Assembly: GCA_013239625.1 (NCBI GenBank)
Contig: MU054323.1
Coordinates: forward strand, 12,407,694-12,471,693
Reading direction: 5' to 3'
Length of the DNA stretch: 64,000 bases
Source: Lama guanicoe
Lineage: Eukaryota
A program made the translations under genes and the position numbers. The first letter of the stretch is position 1; every line of letters starts with the position of its first letter. Positions 1 through 60,395 of the stretch are shown here, piece by piece. The notes under the pieces were generated by a model, which ran no database searches, was not told where the DNA came from, and saw only the letters and a program-made list of their open reading frames with translations.

Positions 1-216
1 TAGGGCACCGGCCCTCTCTGTGCAGTCAAAAATCTGTGACTAATTTATAATTGGCCCGCCTGTAGGCAGTTCCTCTGTATCCATGGTTCTCTATCTGTAG
101 GCCCACAGATTAAACCAACCAGGGATCGTGAAGTACTATAGTATTTACTACTGAAAAAAATCCATGTATAAGTGGACCCACACAGTTCAAACTTATGTCG
201 TTCAAGAGTCAATTGT
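1..216. mobile_element. TcMar-Tigger DNA transposon relic (Tigger3/MER7-like)
   Basis: Characteristic end ...aagtggacccacacagttcaaac...gttcaagagtcaattg followed by TA. Confidence 0.65.
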
Positions 217-249
217 ATATCCAAACAAACAAACAAAACTGTTAACAGT

Positions 250-1860
250 GTAGAACAGTGATCACAAAAACTGAAAAAAAGGAGGTGAGTCTTATGATTT
301 CCCCAGCTTACTGCATCCTGCCTGGAGAACTTACACAACGCAACCCAGAGAAAAGGAACCCAAGCAGAGCCCTGCAGGCTCCCTATGATGAGAAAACAGA
401 GTTGAAAATTCAGGGAGACCAAGACAACCAGAGTTTGAGGGCAGAGTACTGAAGAGGAGAGTTGCAATGGAGAGGAGAGAGTGGCATGGAAAAAGACTAA
501 AGAGAGTGAATTCTTATCATTTATCAGATGAGTACTTATCAGTGTGTTATTGGAGGGAACTACCCAAGGCTAAGGGGCAAAAAACCACTTGGAAGAAGCA
601 AGAGGCAAAAATCCCTGGAACCCACATAGGCCAGTAGTTCATGGTCCTGTAACCCAGAATTGGGAAAACCTCATAAACACGAAGCATTGAGTAGAATACA
701 CAAGAGGAAGAAACCTTTTTTAAGGTGGTCTGGCCCCATCTAAAAAAAGCTTAAAGGCAAAACTCAAAAGGATCAAATTGTTTCCAAGGAACTTAACTGT
801 ATCCTAAGACAACGCTCAAGAATGTTTGAAGAAATATAAACATAGCCACTACCCAACAAAGTAAAGTTCACAATGCCCAGCTGCCAATAAAAATTACCAA
901 ATAGGCAAAGAAGCAAGAAAATATTACCCATAATGAAAAGAAAACCCAATCCACAGAAAGAGACTCAGCAGTGATACAGATGATGACACAGACAATGTCA
1001 TTAAGACAGTTATTATAATATATTCCACATGTTCAGAAAGACAGAAGAATGAGTACATTAAGCTAACAAAACATTTGAAAATATTTGAAGAAATGGCTAA
1101 AATTTTTTTCAAATTTCATGAAAACTCTAAACCAAAGATCCAAGGAACTCAATGAATCCTAAGCACAAGAAATATTAAAAAAAAAAAAGTGCACCAAAAT
1201 ACATCATAATCAAATTACTTATAATCAAAACCAGTAATAAAATCTTGAAAGCCCCAAGAGAAGACATTAACTAAAGAGGAGCAAAGATTGGTATGATAGC
1301 AAACTTCACATCAGAAACAGTATCAGCCAGGAGACACTGGAGTAAATCTACACTCAGCAAAAGTAACTCAAAAACAAAAGCAAAGTATTTAACTTTTCAG
1401 ACATTCAGAACCTTAAAGAATGCCTTACTAGCAGACCTCCACTACAATACATGTTAAAGAAAGCCCTTCAGGGGCAAGGAAAATGATACCAGATGGAAAC
1501 CTGGATCTACACAAAAGAATGAAGAGCCCAGAAATGATAACTACATGGCTAAATGTGAAACAATCCTTTCTCTTACTGTTTAAATCTCTTTAAAGATAAG
1601 GGACTTTTTAAAGGAAAAAAATAAAAATAATCAATTGCAGGGTTTATAACATCTGTAGAAGCACAATATATGAAAATAATAGTATACAAGCCAGGAGAGC
1701 AGAAATGGAAGGATACTGGTGTAAGGTCTTTATACCATACATGAAAATATACAACATTTGAAGGTAAATTGTGGGAAGTTAAACTTGTGTACTGTAAATC
1801 CTAAAGCAATCACCTAAAAAAATTACAAGTCAATAAACGAAATCAAATGGAATCATAGGA
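250..1860 (+). mobile_element. Old L1M fragment (degenerate)
   Basis: A-rich strand with L1 ORF1-region-like phrases (caaagatccaaggaactcaatgaatcc; cacatcataatcaaattact; agcagacctccactacaa) and no intact ORF. Confidence 0.6.
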
Positions 1861-3380
1861 GAAAAAGCAGCAGCAGCTAGAGTAGTGGTTTCCAGACTTT
1901 CAGATACCACAAACAAGTAAACTAAAAATAATACAATGAATGAAGGGACTAACATAGGGTTGTTAACTCTATTTCACCAAGTAAAATCATACGAACAAGC
2001 ATAATTATTATTTTATTATCACCGTTAATTCATAAAAGAACAAGTACTTTAAAATTATAGAAGTTAGAAAACCAGTCACCAATTATGTATCATCAAACAG
2101 TCTCTTCTCATTTTTTTCTCTCTTTACCATGGAAGTTGGTATCAGGGTTTGATAAAAAGCATTTGGTATCACTGCTCTACTTGATATACAAGCAGCAGCA
2201 AGAAAAGATTGCTGATACCTCAAAAGAAGTCTCTTAAATGACTAGAACAAAGTGGTGTAGAGAATCTTCACCCGATTCAGAACAGTAGCTCAATTAAAAA
2301 CTGCATTATGAAAAGAGACATTCTCTTACCACTGATATCAAACCAATAAACATTCCAAGCAATTTTATAAGCATAGAGCAGTCATTTTACACACCAGCGA
2401 ACTCTAGGAGTTGGTCAAGATCAGCAATATAATTTAATCCCACCTCAAAAATGTCAGCATGCCTAGGCTTAACACACAGCTCTCCACTTACTTCCTGGTG
2501 ACCTCAGACAAGTTATTCAACAGCTTTGAGCCTTGTAAGGCTGAAAATACATGCAAGTTACTTAGGAGTGTGCCTGGCACAGAGTTAAAAGGGCTAAATA
2601 AATATTAGCAGCTGTTACTATCATTACTCTGCTTGGAAATGATACTGCCTTCATTTATCCAAACTTAATTACCAATAATGTCTTTTTTTTTTTTCTAAAT
2701 GAAACACACACATCTTCTCCAGGAACTCTCTACTTTCCCAACCAATCCCACCTAGCTATAGCTAATACAACTGTTCCAGCATTTATCCATTCTCTTACAA
2801 AGTAACTTCTACTTTTAGACAACAACCTCTTTGCACCTATACGAAAAAGCTCTATAAAAGTGTAACTTCTTTTGTACGTTTTTCACATGTACTCTTGTGA
2901 ATTCAGACTTCACCATGTACGGCAAAAACAGTGTCTCCTACGTATGTTATAGCTTCCAAAGGCATCTGCTACTGAACTTTGAAAATCAACATTTACTAAA
3001 TGTTGACTCCACCAACGCACTATTCTGCCACAAAAACAATGGGTTTCTTAACTTTGATGTGCAGTTTTTCCAATGCAATATTCCAACAGCGCATTAATAA
3101 CCACCAAGCAAAACTATTCTGACAGTCTCCATTAGTAATGTATGTTTGTTTCTCTTTATCATTTTCGAAGTTCAACCTCTTGACTCGAAGCTAATTTGTA
3201 CCACGAAGTATCAGTACAGCAAATAAAACAAGCTGCCCGTAATTTGATACTATTTGGTTCATGACGATAAAGTTTTCCCTGATGCAAAGCAACCTAGTAA
3301 AAACAAGAAAAAAAAGGATCCCAAGTTTTCTGCAGCTCATAAGAGATGCAAAGATACGGCATAGGAACGGCACGAGTTAC

Positions 3381-3428
3381 CTCGACGTTGTCTGTGAGAC
3401 CATACTCAGAGTGGGGATTTTCTGCAAC
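3381..3428 (-). CDS. DPY30: DPY30 second coding exon (exon 3); the gene continues beyond the window start
   Basis: tttag|GTTGCAGAA... = VAENPHSEYGLTDNVE, donor GAG|gtaact. This is the N-terminus of the COMPASS/SET1 subunit DPY30. Confidence 0.95.
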
Positions 3429-3511
3429 CTAAAAAACAAAACACAGGTCAGAGCTATCAGCCACTATTTCTTGCTGCAAACTGCCACCATGAATCCAGGG
3501 CCTCCTGGTAC

Positions 3512-3547
3512 CTGCGTCTGTCCTTCCAGCATCTGCTCTGGCTCCAT
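3512..3547 (-). CDS. DPY30: DPY30 first coding exon (exon 2 spans 3512-3584)
   Basis: Minus strand accATGGAGCCAGAGCAG... = MEPEQMLEGQTQ. Acceptor ttttccag before 3584, donor CAG|gtacca. Confidence 0.95.
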
Positions 3548-3619
3548 GGTAGACCCTGCAAGTCACAGTTCCCGGATACCAGTCCTGGAAAACAAGAAAA
3601 ACTGTGAGTTACCAGGGAG

Positions 3620-4200
3620 ATTTCAACACGAAGACGCCAGGATGGAGTCCAGCCCAGCCCCCGACCCCGCCCCTCACCCCCACCTGGGCGCGGGAGCACC
3701 CGGAGCAGAACAGGAGCAGGATGGGACAGTCCACGATCGGGCGCCCGCATCAGGTCCGGAAGCTCCGCGGCAGTACCGAGAACCTAGAAGAGGTAGGGAA
3801 ACGGGGAAAGGGAGCTGATTACCCGCGCCCAAGCCGTTGGTTCCTAAGAGCCCTGCACCGCGCCACCAACTCCCAGCACAAACCGCTTCCGCCGTAAGTG
3901 ACGGACGTCGCACTACTGCTGCGCCTGCGCAGAACTCCCCAGCGGGCCTCGGGCTGGGGAGGGACCCAGGCCGGTCCTGAATCTACCTCGGTCTATGCGG
4001 TGTGCAGAGTCCTGCCCGAGATCTGGTCCTAGGTGCTGGGAGAGAATCTTCCTCGAGCTGCCTACCCAGAGCAAGCGCTACTCCAGCCGTAGACCCAGTG
4101 ACGAGGCCAGCTGGCAGGGGTTTGGCCCGGTCAGCTCTTGGTGCTGCCTGAAAGCTGCCGAAGCTCTTCCTCGCGGAACCGAAACTACTTGCTGGATAGT
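3620..4200. promoter_or_regulatory. CpG-island promoter of DPY30
   Basis: CpG-rich block with ETS-like CGGAAGC (3885-3891, - strand) and NRF1 site TGCGCCTGCGCA (3920-3931). Confidence 0.85.
3823..3890 (-). other. DPY30: DPY30 non-coding exon 1 (5' end approximate)
   Basis: Minus-strand donor GCGCGG|gtaatc at 3823/3822 inside the CpG island, just downstream of the promoter motifs. Confidence 0.7.
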
Positions 4201-5567
4201 TCTCACTAGAAAATCACAAACCCAAAACTCAACAGTCTACGAAAGAATGTCAGCGTTTTACTCTAAAGCCAACGTTGGGGGAAGAAGCAGTGTTAAAGAG
4301 TTTCTATTCAAGTCCTTTAATATGTGAACATGCAGTGTTAGTGCTACTGTACATATGTATCAAAATTAGCAATATGCAACTCGTTTTCCAAACCGTGATA
4401 CTATTGATACTATTGTGTTTGTGAAAATACAAAAGATAATTTGCCTCCTACACACATTTGTAAATAGCCAACAGGATTTAGTAAATAGGATTGTTCTAAT
4501 TCCAAAAAATCTCATTTATTTTAATGTAAATATAAATGATACACTCATTAAAGTGCCTGCCTTTTTGATTCAACAATCCCATTTGTAGTTGCATTTTATA
4601 ATATGAAAATTTTAAAACTTCATATAAAATATTTGGAAACTAAATTATGGCATACCAGTATAATAGTATAAAAGCCATGACTCGAAATACAGAAATAGTT
4701 TTGATTATAACATCAAGTTTTTTAAAAGGTAGAATACAACGTAATTTTTCTACTCTGTAAAAACTGCATGGCTAAAAATCTACAGTAAATTAAATTTGTT
4801 AAGGAGCCAGACGTGTCGGTACATTTTTAAAGCTTTATTTTATAATGTATACTTGATTAGTATTGTGATTGGTGACTACTGCCATATGGCACTTTGAGGA
4901 TTTTTCATGTAGAACTGATGCAAAGATGTAGATGTTTATGTATAGGATATAGAAACTGACTAGTACATGTATTAACTCAAATTAAGATTAAATGCTTTTC
5001 TGGAATGGGAAATAACAGCAAGTAAAACCAGAGAATAATTAGGACAACTTACGAGAACAGTTAATGTGCATTGTTATATTATTATATGTCCATACATTTC
5101 CCAATACATGGCAGGCACTCTGTAAAAACTTCCAAATTCCAAAAAGTAACTGAAAGCTGCTAATTTACATTTTCTAAGTACTGAAGTTTTAGTAAAGTAA
5201 GAAGCTAGACTGTGAGCTCCTTCAGAACAGGGATCTTGTTTTATTTATCTTTGTACTTCACAGAGTGCCTAGTACATCACAGGCACACAATATATATTGA
5301 GTTGATACATAGTAAAAATTGGATTTTAATAAAGACACTGACAATACTGAAGAAAAAATGGGCAATATAAAAATGATGACTGAAGGAAACAGCACAGAAA
5401 AATTAACTATCAGCCAGGCTTCTCTCAATCTAGAGAAAAGTTATTGGTGTGATTTACAAAAAAGCTTCACTAAAGTCTTTACATTTATAACATATTAATT
5501 GAAAGATTCAGAGAACAAGCCATAGCAGCAGACAGCTGGACAAAAAACAAAAATAAAAGTAAATAGT

Positions 5568-5682
5568 GGGATGGTACAGCTCAGTGGTAGAGTGCATGCC
5601 TAGTATGCACAAGGTCCTGGGTTCAAACCCCAGTACCTCCATTAAAATAAATAAACCTAATTGCCTCCCCCACAAAAAAAAT
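5568..5682 (+). mobile_element. Vic-1-like camelid tRNA-derived SINE
   Basis: A box agctcagtggtagag, B box ggttcaaaccc, then aataaataaacctaattgcctcccc and an A tail. Confidence 0.85.
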
Positions 5683-7799
5683 TAAGAATAAATTTAAAAA
5701 TAAATGAGAAAAAAATTTAAATAAATAACAGCTAGAAATGATGTAAATTAGCAACAAAAGTATAAAATTAATTCAAAATATTGCAGAATCCTGAGTTTTG
5801 ATATGAAATTAAACATTCTATAAGAGGATGACCCTGAGAGCCATCATATGACAGAAATTTGCAATACCTGAGTACTGTCTAGAGTGGGAAAAATTAAAAT
5901 TAAAAGAATGAGAAGAACATTACCTCTTATTTGGACTTGCACTAACCTGACTCCTCTCACCTGCTCCTATTATTTATTTTTATTATGGTACTTACCTCAT
6001 CCTGCCTTATATTTTCTTTAGTTACACACAATTAGATTTTTTAGTTCTTCAAAGGTAAAGATCTTATTATATTCATCTTTGTATTTTTTGCTTCTTATAT
6101 TCAATATTTTTTCAAAAGAAGTGAATTTATAGGGAAAGCAAGCAGTTACATCAAAGTACTAGTTTCTGGCCTTTCCTACCTTTCTTGGGGTTTTAGAGAG
6201 ATAGTAGTTATAGATTCTAGAACTAGAATCTAGAACTAGAATTCTAGAATCTAGAGTAATAAAGAAAAGCTACTGTTCTTGATCCACTTTTTACAGACAT
6301 GATGCAAATTCCATGCATAAAATATTAACCTATTTAGACAAGCAACACCTACTTAGGAATCATACAACAAGTGAAGTAGAGAAAGATTTGATTCGGGATT
6401 AGATAAATATTAAAACCTGGTTCCTTCACTTATTTACCATGTGGAATTAAGCAAATAGTTTAACTCTTCTGAGCTTCCTGTTTTTTCACATGTATAATTA
6501 TGATAAAAATTCTTACTTCACAGAATCAAATGAGATGAGATAGGTGAAACTGCTTTATAAACTGAAATTATATAATTGTGAGACATTCTATTTACACCTA
6601 AGTACTTCATTTTTATAATGTTCTACCCATTGTTTCTATTGTTTTTTTTTTCTATTAAATGGCTTGTGGGAAGTAAAGTGCTCAGAGAAATAAAGAACAT
6701 GCTCTAGCACATACATACACACACATGCATGTGCATACACACATACATATGTGTCTGCAGAGAAATACATAGGATTTATTGAATGTAAATGGACCCACTG
6801 AACACAGTTTGTGTGATGGGACAACAACCACGTCCCAAGAAGATCTTGAAATATACCACATTTGGTAAATCAGTTTCCAAGGAAGTATCTTTTGGTGCCT
6901 AATATAGGAAGGCAATTACTCCACCTGGAGTCCCCTTGTCTTCAGTACTAAACCCCATGCCTAGGTACTCTTACCACCATCCTCATCTCACAAATGTTAG
7001 TGTACCAAGGAACATACCAAATGGGTTTTTAAAGACATAAATATAGAGTGCTCTTCTGATTTTTATGATAAAGGCATGATCCCAGCAATGAGAATAATAA
7101 AAATAAAGGAAAATGCTAAACTTACTATTATTTCCCATCCCCAAATTGTTAATTACAGCAGCCATTTCTCATAAGAAGTTATATTTAGTTATATTCAGTT
7201 ATATTTTTTCCTAAAATTTCCTAAATTATTTTCAGTTTTTAAAGAGTTAATTTTATGCTTTGCATTTTCTTTTTAGAATCCAAATGACTATTGTCACTTA
7301 AATTTATGTTTATGAATAAGTCATGGGTTATTAAGTAAGAGGTAAAATATATAGCTTTGATATCTTTTAATTTTAAGATACCCAGAGCAATTCCACGTTA
7401 ATTTATGTTGAAACAATTTCTCTTCTTAGAGACAAACTTTGGTGGTAAATAGAAATTGATAGTTATATCACCTCATTTTAATACAAGATTATTGTTTAAA
7501 ATGTTTTCCTCTATAATGTCATTATCTGAATGCATTGATAATACATTCATACATGGGAGAAGGCAGAAAAAAATGAATTAGAAGTCCAACTATGTTCAGG
7601 TACCTTGAGAAGTGATTTACTTATTCTACCATGTAATACTCCAATACCCTTATAAGTAAATATGATTATCCCCATAAAATAAGATAGATTCAGAAAATTG
7701 TCACACAAAATTAGATAAGTAATTCTGTGGCTAGCTGAAATGTCAATCCAGGTCCATCTAATTCCAAAGGTTGTGCTCCTGGCTGTGCAGAAATAGAAA

Positions 7800-8370
7800 A
7801 CAAATTTATCAATTATTGTGCTTTTGATTTCCAGTAATAGAAATCCCAACTCAAATTTGTCAAACAATGAAGGAGACTTTTTGGCTAACAAAAAGTAGTG
7901 AGGTGGGCATCAGGCAAGGTTTAGTCATGGCTCCAATACTGTTTCTCTGCAATTTTCTCACCTTCATCTCTCTTTTATATATCAGCTTCATCCCCAGGCT
8001 GCTTTTCTCATGGATAGTTGAGAGACAATTACTAGAATTATTCAGGGCTACATGCTTTGTTTTTCACATTCAAGGAGGGAAAGCATCACTTCCAGTAGAT
8101 CTACCCACAGACCAGAAGTCTGAAGTTTGTTTTGCTCTGTCCAACTTGAGCCAGTTATTTTGGTAAGGTGGATGCCATGTGCTGACTGCCACAGACCTGA
8201 ATTACTACCACCCGAGAAGAATAACAAAGACGTGCCCTGGTGGTAGTTAATCCCACCTGAACTGCATGGCTTCTATACATGGGAGAGGATGGGTTTCACA
8301 AAGGAGAACCTTAGAATGGCTAGGAAGAGGGAAGAAAGAGAATGGATTCTGAGCAGTTAGCCAAAAAATA
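7800..8370. mobile_element. ERVL-MaLR LTR relic (MLT1-like)
   Basis: tccagtaatagaaatcccaactcaaa at the start and ggattctgagcagttagccaaaa at the end resemble old MLT1 LTRs. Confidence 0.45.
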
Positions 8371-8861
8371 TTCACTACCAAAGATTATGTAAAGAGTTCA
8401 TACTCAGTATGAGCTTACTATAAGAGAAATAAAATAAAATAGAATGTTCACTTTGACATATCAATTTTACTTCCTGAGATTTTAGCCCATAAAAATACAA
8501 AAATGTACAAGGATATAAAGATACCTGTGTAGCCACTGAAAAGAATAAATTAGATCTATAGGTACGGGCATGTAAAGACATTTACAACATAATTTTATGT
8601 GAAAAATGCATGTTGTAGGAAAATCTGTATAGTGAGATTTTTTTTTTTTGCATGTGTGTATTTGTATGTGCAAAGGGAAAAGCCTGGAGAGACATACAAC
8701 AAGCTATTAATAATGGTTACAAACTATTGATAGTGGTTAGTCTAACAGTGGAGAGGGAAAATGGGGAGGGGGAGTCTTTGCTTTTTATAAACTTCTATAT
8801 TGTTTAAACTTTTTTTTTTTTACCAAAAGCATGAATTTGTTTTAAAATTAAAACATTAAAC

Positions 8862-9088
8862 CAAAACTTTCAATTTCTCTCTCCACCCACCCTTCCCTTT
8901 TCAGGATTTGCAGATACACACTACTATATATAAAATAGATAAACAACAAATTCATACTGTATACATAGGGAACAATATTCGATACCTTGTAAAATATGAA
9001 AAGGAAGATATACATGTATAACTGAATCACTATGCTGTACATCAGAAATTAACACACTGTGAACCTACTATACTTCAATTTTAAAAAA
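8862..9088 (+). mobile_element. L1 3'-end fragment with inverted 5' segment
   Basis: Sense L1 3'UTR gatttgcagatacacactactatatataaaatagataaac...tatacttcaatt plus A tail, preceded by an inverted purine-rich L1 segment. Confidence 0.7.
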
Positions 9089-9260
9089 TCAAAAGGGTAA
9101 AAATATGTAGATAAATTTTTCTAATTGGAAAATATGTTGCTTTATTATAACACAGGCAATAATGGGGAAGAATATTTATGTGAGTAATGAGTCTAATCAG
9201 TTTTACGAAAATATTAAAAGAAAAATCTTCCAGTTCATTCTTTCCTTTACTCACATATTT

Positions 9261-9775
9261 ATGAGGAAAGAAAAGAGTTAACATAGCAGACCTGAGACTG
9301 CTGCCCTTAGGACAATGTAGTTCCCTACACTGATGTAAAACTTTCCCAAATGGATGAGAGTGCCTCACTGTGCCTAAACTGTTTGTGCAAACAATATGGT
9401 TTGTTAAGCACCTGCTTTCCTTCTGTAATTTTGTCTGGAATTTTGGTACATGTTAGGCAGATGGGGCCTCCATGATCAGCCCCAACAAAAACCCAAGCAC
9501 TGATTTGATGAGTGGCCCTGGGAGACAACATTTCACACATGTTGTCAGATCTCACTACTGGAGGAATTGTGTCCTGTGTGACCCCACTGAGAGAAGACTC
9601 TTACAAGTTGACACTGGGTTTCCTCCAGACTTTGCCTCATGTGCCTTTTGCCTTTGCTGAATTTGCTTTGTATTCTTTTGCAGTAATGAATCATAGCTGT
9701 ATGACTATTTTCGGAGTCCTTTGAGTCCTCCTAGTAAATCACCAAACCTGGGGGTGATCTTGGAGATCTTAAACT
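9261..9775. mobile_element. ERV LTR relic (MER21-like)
   Basis: Ends ...gagtcctcctagtaaatcaccaaacctgggggtgatcttgg, typical of MER21-type LTRs. Confidence 0.6.
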
Positions 9776-12700
9776 CTTGGAAAGTTTAATATAAATATAA
9801 ATGAGTGTCTCTCCTCATAAATTTGTATTCTAGTTCAGATATATATATATATATCTGATAATATAAGATAAATGATTAAAGGTTAAGATGAATGATAACA
9901 GAGTGTAAATTCTGAAGGGGTTCATATGAGGTTGAGATAAATGTAAGCAGGTATCTTTGAAGTGGTGTTAACAAAGAATAATTATTTAAGCAGTAGTGGG
10001 GGCGGAGGTGGACTTAAAATGACCCAAACAGTAACGAAGAAAGTAAATGGAGAAACTACCAGAATATAGAAACTGGACTTATCAGATGAGATGTGAAGGA
10101 GGATCTCAAGGATAACAAGGCTTTCTGAAGGCACAGTTGGTAGAAACCACCCTGGGAAATAAACAACTCCTTTTATGTGGCCCAACCTTCACCCAGTGCT
10201 AACAATTCCCATTACTCTGCTTTTCATGTGTGGTAGAGTAAACACCCCCTGCATATCATAAATGTAGAAATGTAATGTTATATTTATATAACCAAATATT
10301 TTGTTTAGAGTGATGATTAAATATACCCTCTGATCATATAGACTGCCACTCTAGGGCAATCATACAAAATTCTATGTTAACTGACTCTGCATATGCTTCC
10401 ATAGCATCACAGCTTTAAAAGTCCAGTTGAGCAAGTTAGGCAACAATTTATACTCTTACACCTACTACCATTTCAAAACCATGAGCTCATTCGCACTTTC
10501 ACCAGTAACAAATCCTCTGTAAACTAGAGAGACTCAAACTGGTGTCTCAGCTTTGTTTTCATTTGTTTGTTTTCAAATTTTGAGACAATATCTCCTAAGC
10601 AATACATTTCACATAAAAATTCAGAATTCTGGTTTCTCTTGAAATGTGTTAAAAATTTGGCAACAGAGACCACACATTCCTGAAAGGCAAGAATCAGCTG
10701 GAGCTGAGTAACAGCAGTCCCATTTAATAAGGGGATACTACTCTCAAATTTCTCAAAATCTTCATTATTCACATCACATATACATTTTTGAATTCCACAC
10801 TCACACATGGAACTTATGTGTGTTTTATGTGTGACCACTGTTGCTAGTCGCTATTTGAGCTTTTCAGCCATTGTATTAAGAGTGTAAAGTCGCTCTTACT
10901 GCCTACTGGATTCTGGTATCTTACCAACACCTGACGTGTTGTCTGTGCTTGATAACTATTTGTTGAACAAATGAATCAATAATATGCACACAATATGGAC
11001 TCAACACAGAGAAATGATTAACTGTCCACAATTATGTTTTTGCTTATTAATGCAGCTGTAGGATAATAAACTCCCAATTGTTACTCTACTCATCCCATTC
11101 CCACCTCCAATTATGTCTTTTAATTTGTTTCTCTCTTTTAAGTTTCTGCCTTTTTCAAAATCACTCATCTCTTCTCTTGGTTCTAGGTGTATATATATAT
11201 GTGTATATATGTACATGTATATATACATACATGCACATATACACGTATTATTTTACTTTTTTTTGAAAAGAAGTCATTTAATAGCTGTCATTGGTCTCTA
11301 CTTCAAATAATTCAACATCTTTCAAACTGAAGGTTTGTGGAGTTCCCTAAAAGAGAAGGAGAGCTAAAATATATTTTTAAAAAACTATTTAGTGGTAGTC
11401 ACTTTGTAAATAAATTAATAGGTTAAAGTGATAAAGTGACCAAATGTCCTGGATTAGTTAGTACAGTACTCAGCTCTTCCTTTTTGTCCTGGTGAAACTG
11501 GCCCAGATTCCATTCCAGATTAAGTGTCCTGCAAGTTCTTACCATCTGAAAACTGGGAGGCTGTCACACTGCAGGTTAAATGGCTGAGATTGTTAGGATC
11601 TTCAGTCCAGGCAAATTATAAGGCCAGGGTAACATCCAGGCACTAATTTTCTTGAGACAAATTTAGAAAGACAGTAATTCAGAAAATGAATTTGACTGGA
11701 ATATAATACCAAGAGGCAGAAGATATGGACTGAGATTACTAAAAACTGAGACCCCAATAGAGTCTGAATCCTGTAACGGCCTTTTAGGTATAAGAGACAA
11801 AAACAAAATTTGTTGAAATCTCTTATATTGCAGGTGGTATACGGGAGGTGTTAAATGTATTTTTTCATTTTGAAATCTAATTCTTATTCCACTCATTTTA
11901 CAGAAGAGTTAACTAGTAAAAAAAAAAACTTGTTCCATATCACATCACTAACAGGTAGAGTCAGAATACCAACCACAGTCTTTCTGACTCTCAAGCCCAC
12001 AATTTGCCAAACAAACAAAAAAATGGCAAAGGTACAGAAAAGCACAGTCAATATTAAGCACAACTGGATAGCAGAGACTTAGCAAGCAGGAAGCCAGAGA
12101 CCAGAAACTTAATTAATACCTGGAATCCCAAGAGTGAAAGATCACTCTCGGTCGAGGGGCTAAAGATATATTTATTTCTTGAGTAATAAAATATAGGCAG
12201 ACTATGTAAAAATGTTTTTCTTTGGAAGCCTAGAATTTTACAATAAGACCCTGAAGCAGTATGTGTCATTAACTAATATGTGATGTTGGGCAAGTAACAG
12301 TCTGTTAGAGCCTCAAATTCCTTATTTTAAAAAATAGAGACAATAATGCTGAATTCAATAGTGTTGACTGAATAAAATAGTAAAAATTAACTTGCTTAGC
12401 CTAGAATATGGGTTCCATAAATGTTAGCTAGTAGTAGCCCTCGTCATCATCACTGTGGTCAAGTGTTTGACTTTACTCCTTGTTGATCTGCATAGCTATA
12501 ACACTTTTGTTTTCACTGTAACTGTTAATGGGTATTTGGTTTGCTGCCAGTTTTTTTTTTTTTCCCTTAAGTACTAACTTATTAACTTAACCAAGACATG
12601 GCCTAATAGTAGAGTGGCTCCAAAGTCAGACTGGTTACATTCAAATCCCTGCTCCACCACTTTCTGTGATCTCGGACTAGTGACTCAGCTTCCACATCTA

Positions 12701-13491
12701 TTACATAATGACAGAGTAGCAGGCAGTGCCTGGAATGAAGTTGCAGCTTGATATTTGCTGAATGAAGAATGGTTCTCCCACATCTACACATATACTATAA
12801 CACAGAAACTTGCCAATAGTTAACTTTAGTTGGATTATTACCGTCTATCCCGGAGTGCCTCCATCCAAGATTACAGTTTGTAGGAGAATATGATTAACTT
12901 AGTGTTTCCACCTCTGCGATGTGGGAAGCAGGGTTCCGTGCTTGAACAACATTAGAATACAGGCAACAAAGGTGAGTAGGTAGTTTCCCAAAGGAAGGGA
13001 CGTTGAAGGAGAAAAAAAAGGCCTAGTCGGGATTCCTCAGTAAACTATGGGATGATTACTGTGCAAAAACCTACAAATTCCCTTATTCAAACAAATTAAT
13101 TCTTCGTGTTAGACATCTAAACACGCACTAGTTTAATTAAACCTCTGGAATGGATAACTTCATCACATTGAACTAACATTTTGCTTTGGGTGACCTTAAG
13201 TTTTTGCACGTCCCTACAATTGCTTTCCTCTCAAGTAATAATTCCCAAATGGGGACGCATTACTTATGTGATTAAATTCTGACCAATCATCCCTTTACGG
13301 AAGACTGGCAGAAAATGCTGAAAGAAATATTAAGAAAACGACGACACACGATGAGATGGCTCTGCGAACTGAGCGATCCAAAGTCGCTGTTGCCCCTTCG
13401 GTGAGTTGGTGACCTAAGTTCCCCGCTAAGGAGCTCCCAGGGGCAACGAAGTCTACGAAGCGAGGGGTCCTCGAAGACGAAGAAGGCCTCA

Positions 13492-13513
13492 GCGCATAGT
13501 GGGAAATGTAGTT
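13492..13513 (-). promoter_or_regulatory. ZNF143/THAP11-type (SBS) motif
   Basis: Minus strand reads AACTACATTTCCCACTATGCGC, matching the ACTACAnnTCCCA...ATGC promoter motif. Confidence 0.7.
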
Positions 13514-13932
13514 CCGCGGGGAAGGGCCCTACGGGCGGGCGCCACACACGCGCACTAGAAGCTCAGAGCAACAAAGACGGCGGCGTGCGCGCACGCGCCG
13601 GAAAAAGACACGGGAGGGCGTGCGCGTACGCGAGCGCGCGGTCGCCGCTCGGAGCTATCAGGCGGCTGAGAGGACGGAGAGAGGGAGGGGCAGGCGCTAA
13701 CGACCGCAGGAGGAGGAGAAGGGGTTGTGCTCCTGGCCGAGCTAGGAGAAAGGGGCGGGGCCGGCGAGCGGCGCTCGGAGGTGGCAAGCGGCGCACGGAG
13801 GTGCCGAGCTCCTGGGACTGCCCGGCGCGCGGGGGATCTGTGGCCTCGCCGTCCCAGTGGCCGCCGCCGTCGCTTGGCCGCCGTCGGTCTGCGGGAGGCG
13901 GGTTATGGCGGCGGCGGCAGTGGGAGCTGTGA

Positions 13933-60395
<46,463 letters not shown>

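Noticed and set aside
3261..4327. 185-aa, 97-aa and 110-aa + strand ORFs
   Set aside because: They lie antisense to DPY30 exons and over its CpG island. The spliced minus-strand DPY30 frame explains the region.
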